A stretch of DNA of 64,000 nt from Mustelus asterias. Its lineage: Eukaryota. Location: contig NW_027590139.1 in NCBI RefSeq assembly GCF_964213995.1, positions 744,001 to 808,000 of the forward strand, written 5' to 3'. A model generated the notes under the pieces. That model made no database searches, was not told where the DNA came from, and saw nothing but the letters and a program-made list of their open reading frames with translations. Shown one piece after another: positions 61,875 through 64,000 of the stretch. A program made the translations under genes and the position numbers. Each line of letters begins with the position of its first letter. Positions within the stretch are counted from its first letter, which is position 1.

Positions 61875-64000
61875 GTCATGGAGTCATAGAGGTTTCCAGC
61901 TTGGAAACGGGCCCTTCAGCCCAACTTGTCCATGCCGCCCCTTTTTTAACCCCTGTGCTCATCCCAATTGTCCACGTTTGGCCCATATCCCTCGACACCC
62001 ATCTTACCCATGTAACTGTCTAAACGCTTTTTAAAAGACAAAATTGTACCTGCCTCTACTACTACCTCTGGCACCTTTTTCCAGACACTCACCACCCTCT
62101 GTGTGAAACAAGTGCCCCTCTGGACCCTTCTGTATCTCTCCCCTCTCACCTTAAACCTATGCCCTCTAGTTTTAGACTCCCCTCCCTTTGGGAAAAGATA
62201 TTGACTATCTAGCTGATCTATGCCCCTCATTATTTTATAGACCTCTATAAGTTCACCCCTAAGCCTCCTACGTTCCAGGGAAAAAAGTCCCAGTCTATCC
62301 AGCCTCTCTTTATAACTCAAATCATCAAGTCCCGGTAGCATCCTAATAAATCTTTTCTGCAGTCTTTCTAGTTTAATAATATCCTTTCTATCATAGGGTG
62401 ACCAGAACTGTACACAGTATTCCAAGTGTGGCCTTACCAATGTCTTGTAAAACTTCAACAAGACATTCCAACTCCTGTATTCAATGTTCTGACCAACATG
62501 CAGAATGCCTTCTTCACCACTCTGTCCACCTGCAACTCCATTTTCAAGGAGCTATGTACCTGTACCCCTAAATTTCTGTTCTGTAACTCTCCCCAACACC
62601 CTACCATTAACTGAGTAAGTCCTGTCCTGGTTCGATCGCCCAAAATGTATTACCTCGCATTTATCTAAATTAAACTCCATCTGCCATTCGTCAGCCCACT
62701 GGTCCAATTGATCAAGATCGCGCTACAATCCTAGATAGCCTTCTCCACTGTCCACGATGCCACCAACTTTGGTGTCATCTGAAAACTTACTAACCATGCC
62801 TCCTACATTCTCATCCACATCATTAATATAAATGACAAATAACAGTGGACCCAGCACCGATCCTTGAGGCACACCGCTGGTCACAGGCTCCAGTTTGAAA
62901 AACAACCTTCTACAACCACCCTCTGTCTTCTGTCATCAAGCCAGTTTTGTATCCATTTGGCTAACTCACCCTGGATTTCATTAGATTTAACCTTAAGCAA
63001 CAATCTACCACGCGGTACCTTGTCAAAGGCCTTTCTAAAGTCCATGTAGACAGCATCACCTGTACTGCCCTCATCTACCTTCTTGGTTACCCCTTCAAAA
63101 AACTCAATCAAATTTGTGAGACATGATTTTCCACTCACAAAGCCATGCTGACCGAACCTAATCAGTCCTTGTGTCTCTAAATGCTTGTAGATCCTGTCTC
63201 TCAAATACCTTCTGACAACTTACAGATGTGAATCACACCGCCCTTTAGTTCCCAGGCTTTTCCCTGCAGCCCTTTTTAAACAAAGGCTCCACATTTGCCA
63301 CCCTCCAATCTTTAGGCACCTCACCTGTGATTATCGATGATTCAAATATCTCTGCTCGGAGACCCGCAATTTCCTCCCTCGCCTCCCACAGTGTTCTGGG
63401 ATACACTTCATCAGGTCCCGGGGATTTATCTACCTTGATGCGCTTTATGACTTCCAGCATCTCCTTCTCTGTTATAAGTACACTTCTCAAGACATCACTT
63501 TATTTCCCCAAGTTCCCTAACATCCATGCTTTTCTCAGCAATAAATAATGATGAAAAATATTCATTTATGATCTCACCCATCTCTTGTGGATCCGCACAT
63601 AGATGACCTTGTTGATCCTTAAGAGGCCCTACTCTCTACCTAGTTACTCTTTGGCACCTTATGTATTTATAGAACCTCTTTGGATTATCCTTTGCCTTAT
63701 CTGCCAAAACAATCTCGTGTCCCCTTTTTGCCCTCCTGATTTCTCTCTTAATTCTACTCCTACACCCTCTATATTCTTCAAGGGATCCCAGCTGCCTATG
63801 CATGTCATGTGCCTCCTTCTTCTTGATGAGGGCCTCAATATCTCGAGTCATCCAGGGTTCCTGACTTCTACCAGCCTTGCCCTTCACTCTAAGAGCAATG
63901 TGCTTATCCTGAACACTGGTTAAAACACTTTTGAAAGCCTCCCACTTTCCAGACGTCCCTTTGCCTTCCCACAGACTCCCCCAGTTAACTGTCGAAAGTT
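61875..64000 (-). mobile_element. CR1/HER1 LINE ORF2, continuing past the window end
   Basis: KSPGPD, QHGFVSGKSCLTNL, GVPQGSVLGPLLF, RPHLEYCVQFWSP. Confidence 0.94.

Overview
Repeat-rich vertebrate genomic DNA, almost certainly from a shark (elasmobranch), judged from HE1/V-SINEs, Deu-domain SINEs and HER1/CR1-type LINEs. It holds a cluster of 11 tandem C2H2 zinc-finger loci (labelled Z1-Z11 here) with no recognisable KRAB, SCAN or BTB domain. Z3, Z4, Z5, Z7 and Z9 have uninterrupted arrays; Z1 has 12 good fingers and a frameshifted tail; Z2, Z6, Z8, Z10 and Z11 are truncated or pseudogenes. Most loci sit head-to-head around duplicated CpG-rich promoter cassettes (NRF1, YY1, CCAAT and GC-box motifs), and about 31-47 kb forms a diverged mirror-image duplication centred near 38.5 kb. 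Paralogues share a leader made of fossil fingers with a conserved in-frame TGA, a start codon inside a finger linker (MEKPW), and a conserved 3' module. Intergenic DNA is mostly CR1, L2, Tx1 and Gypsy remnants, SINEs and two Penelope-like (PLE) families. The PLEs carry minimal hammerhead ribozyme motifs, including a 301-bp-arm palindromic insertion inside one promoter. Transposon boundaries are approximate, read by eye, and no database search was run.
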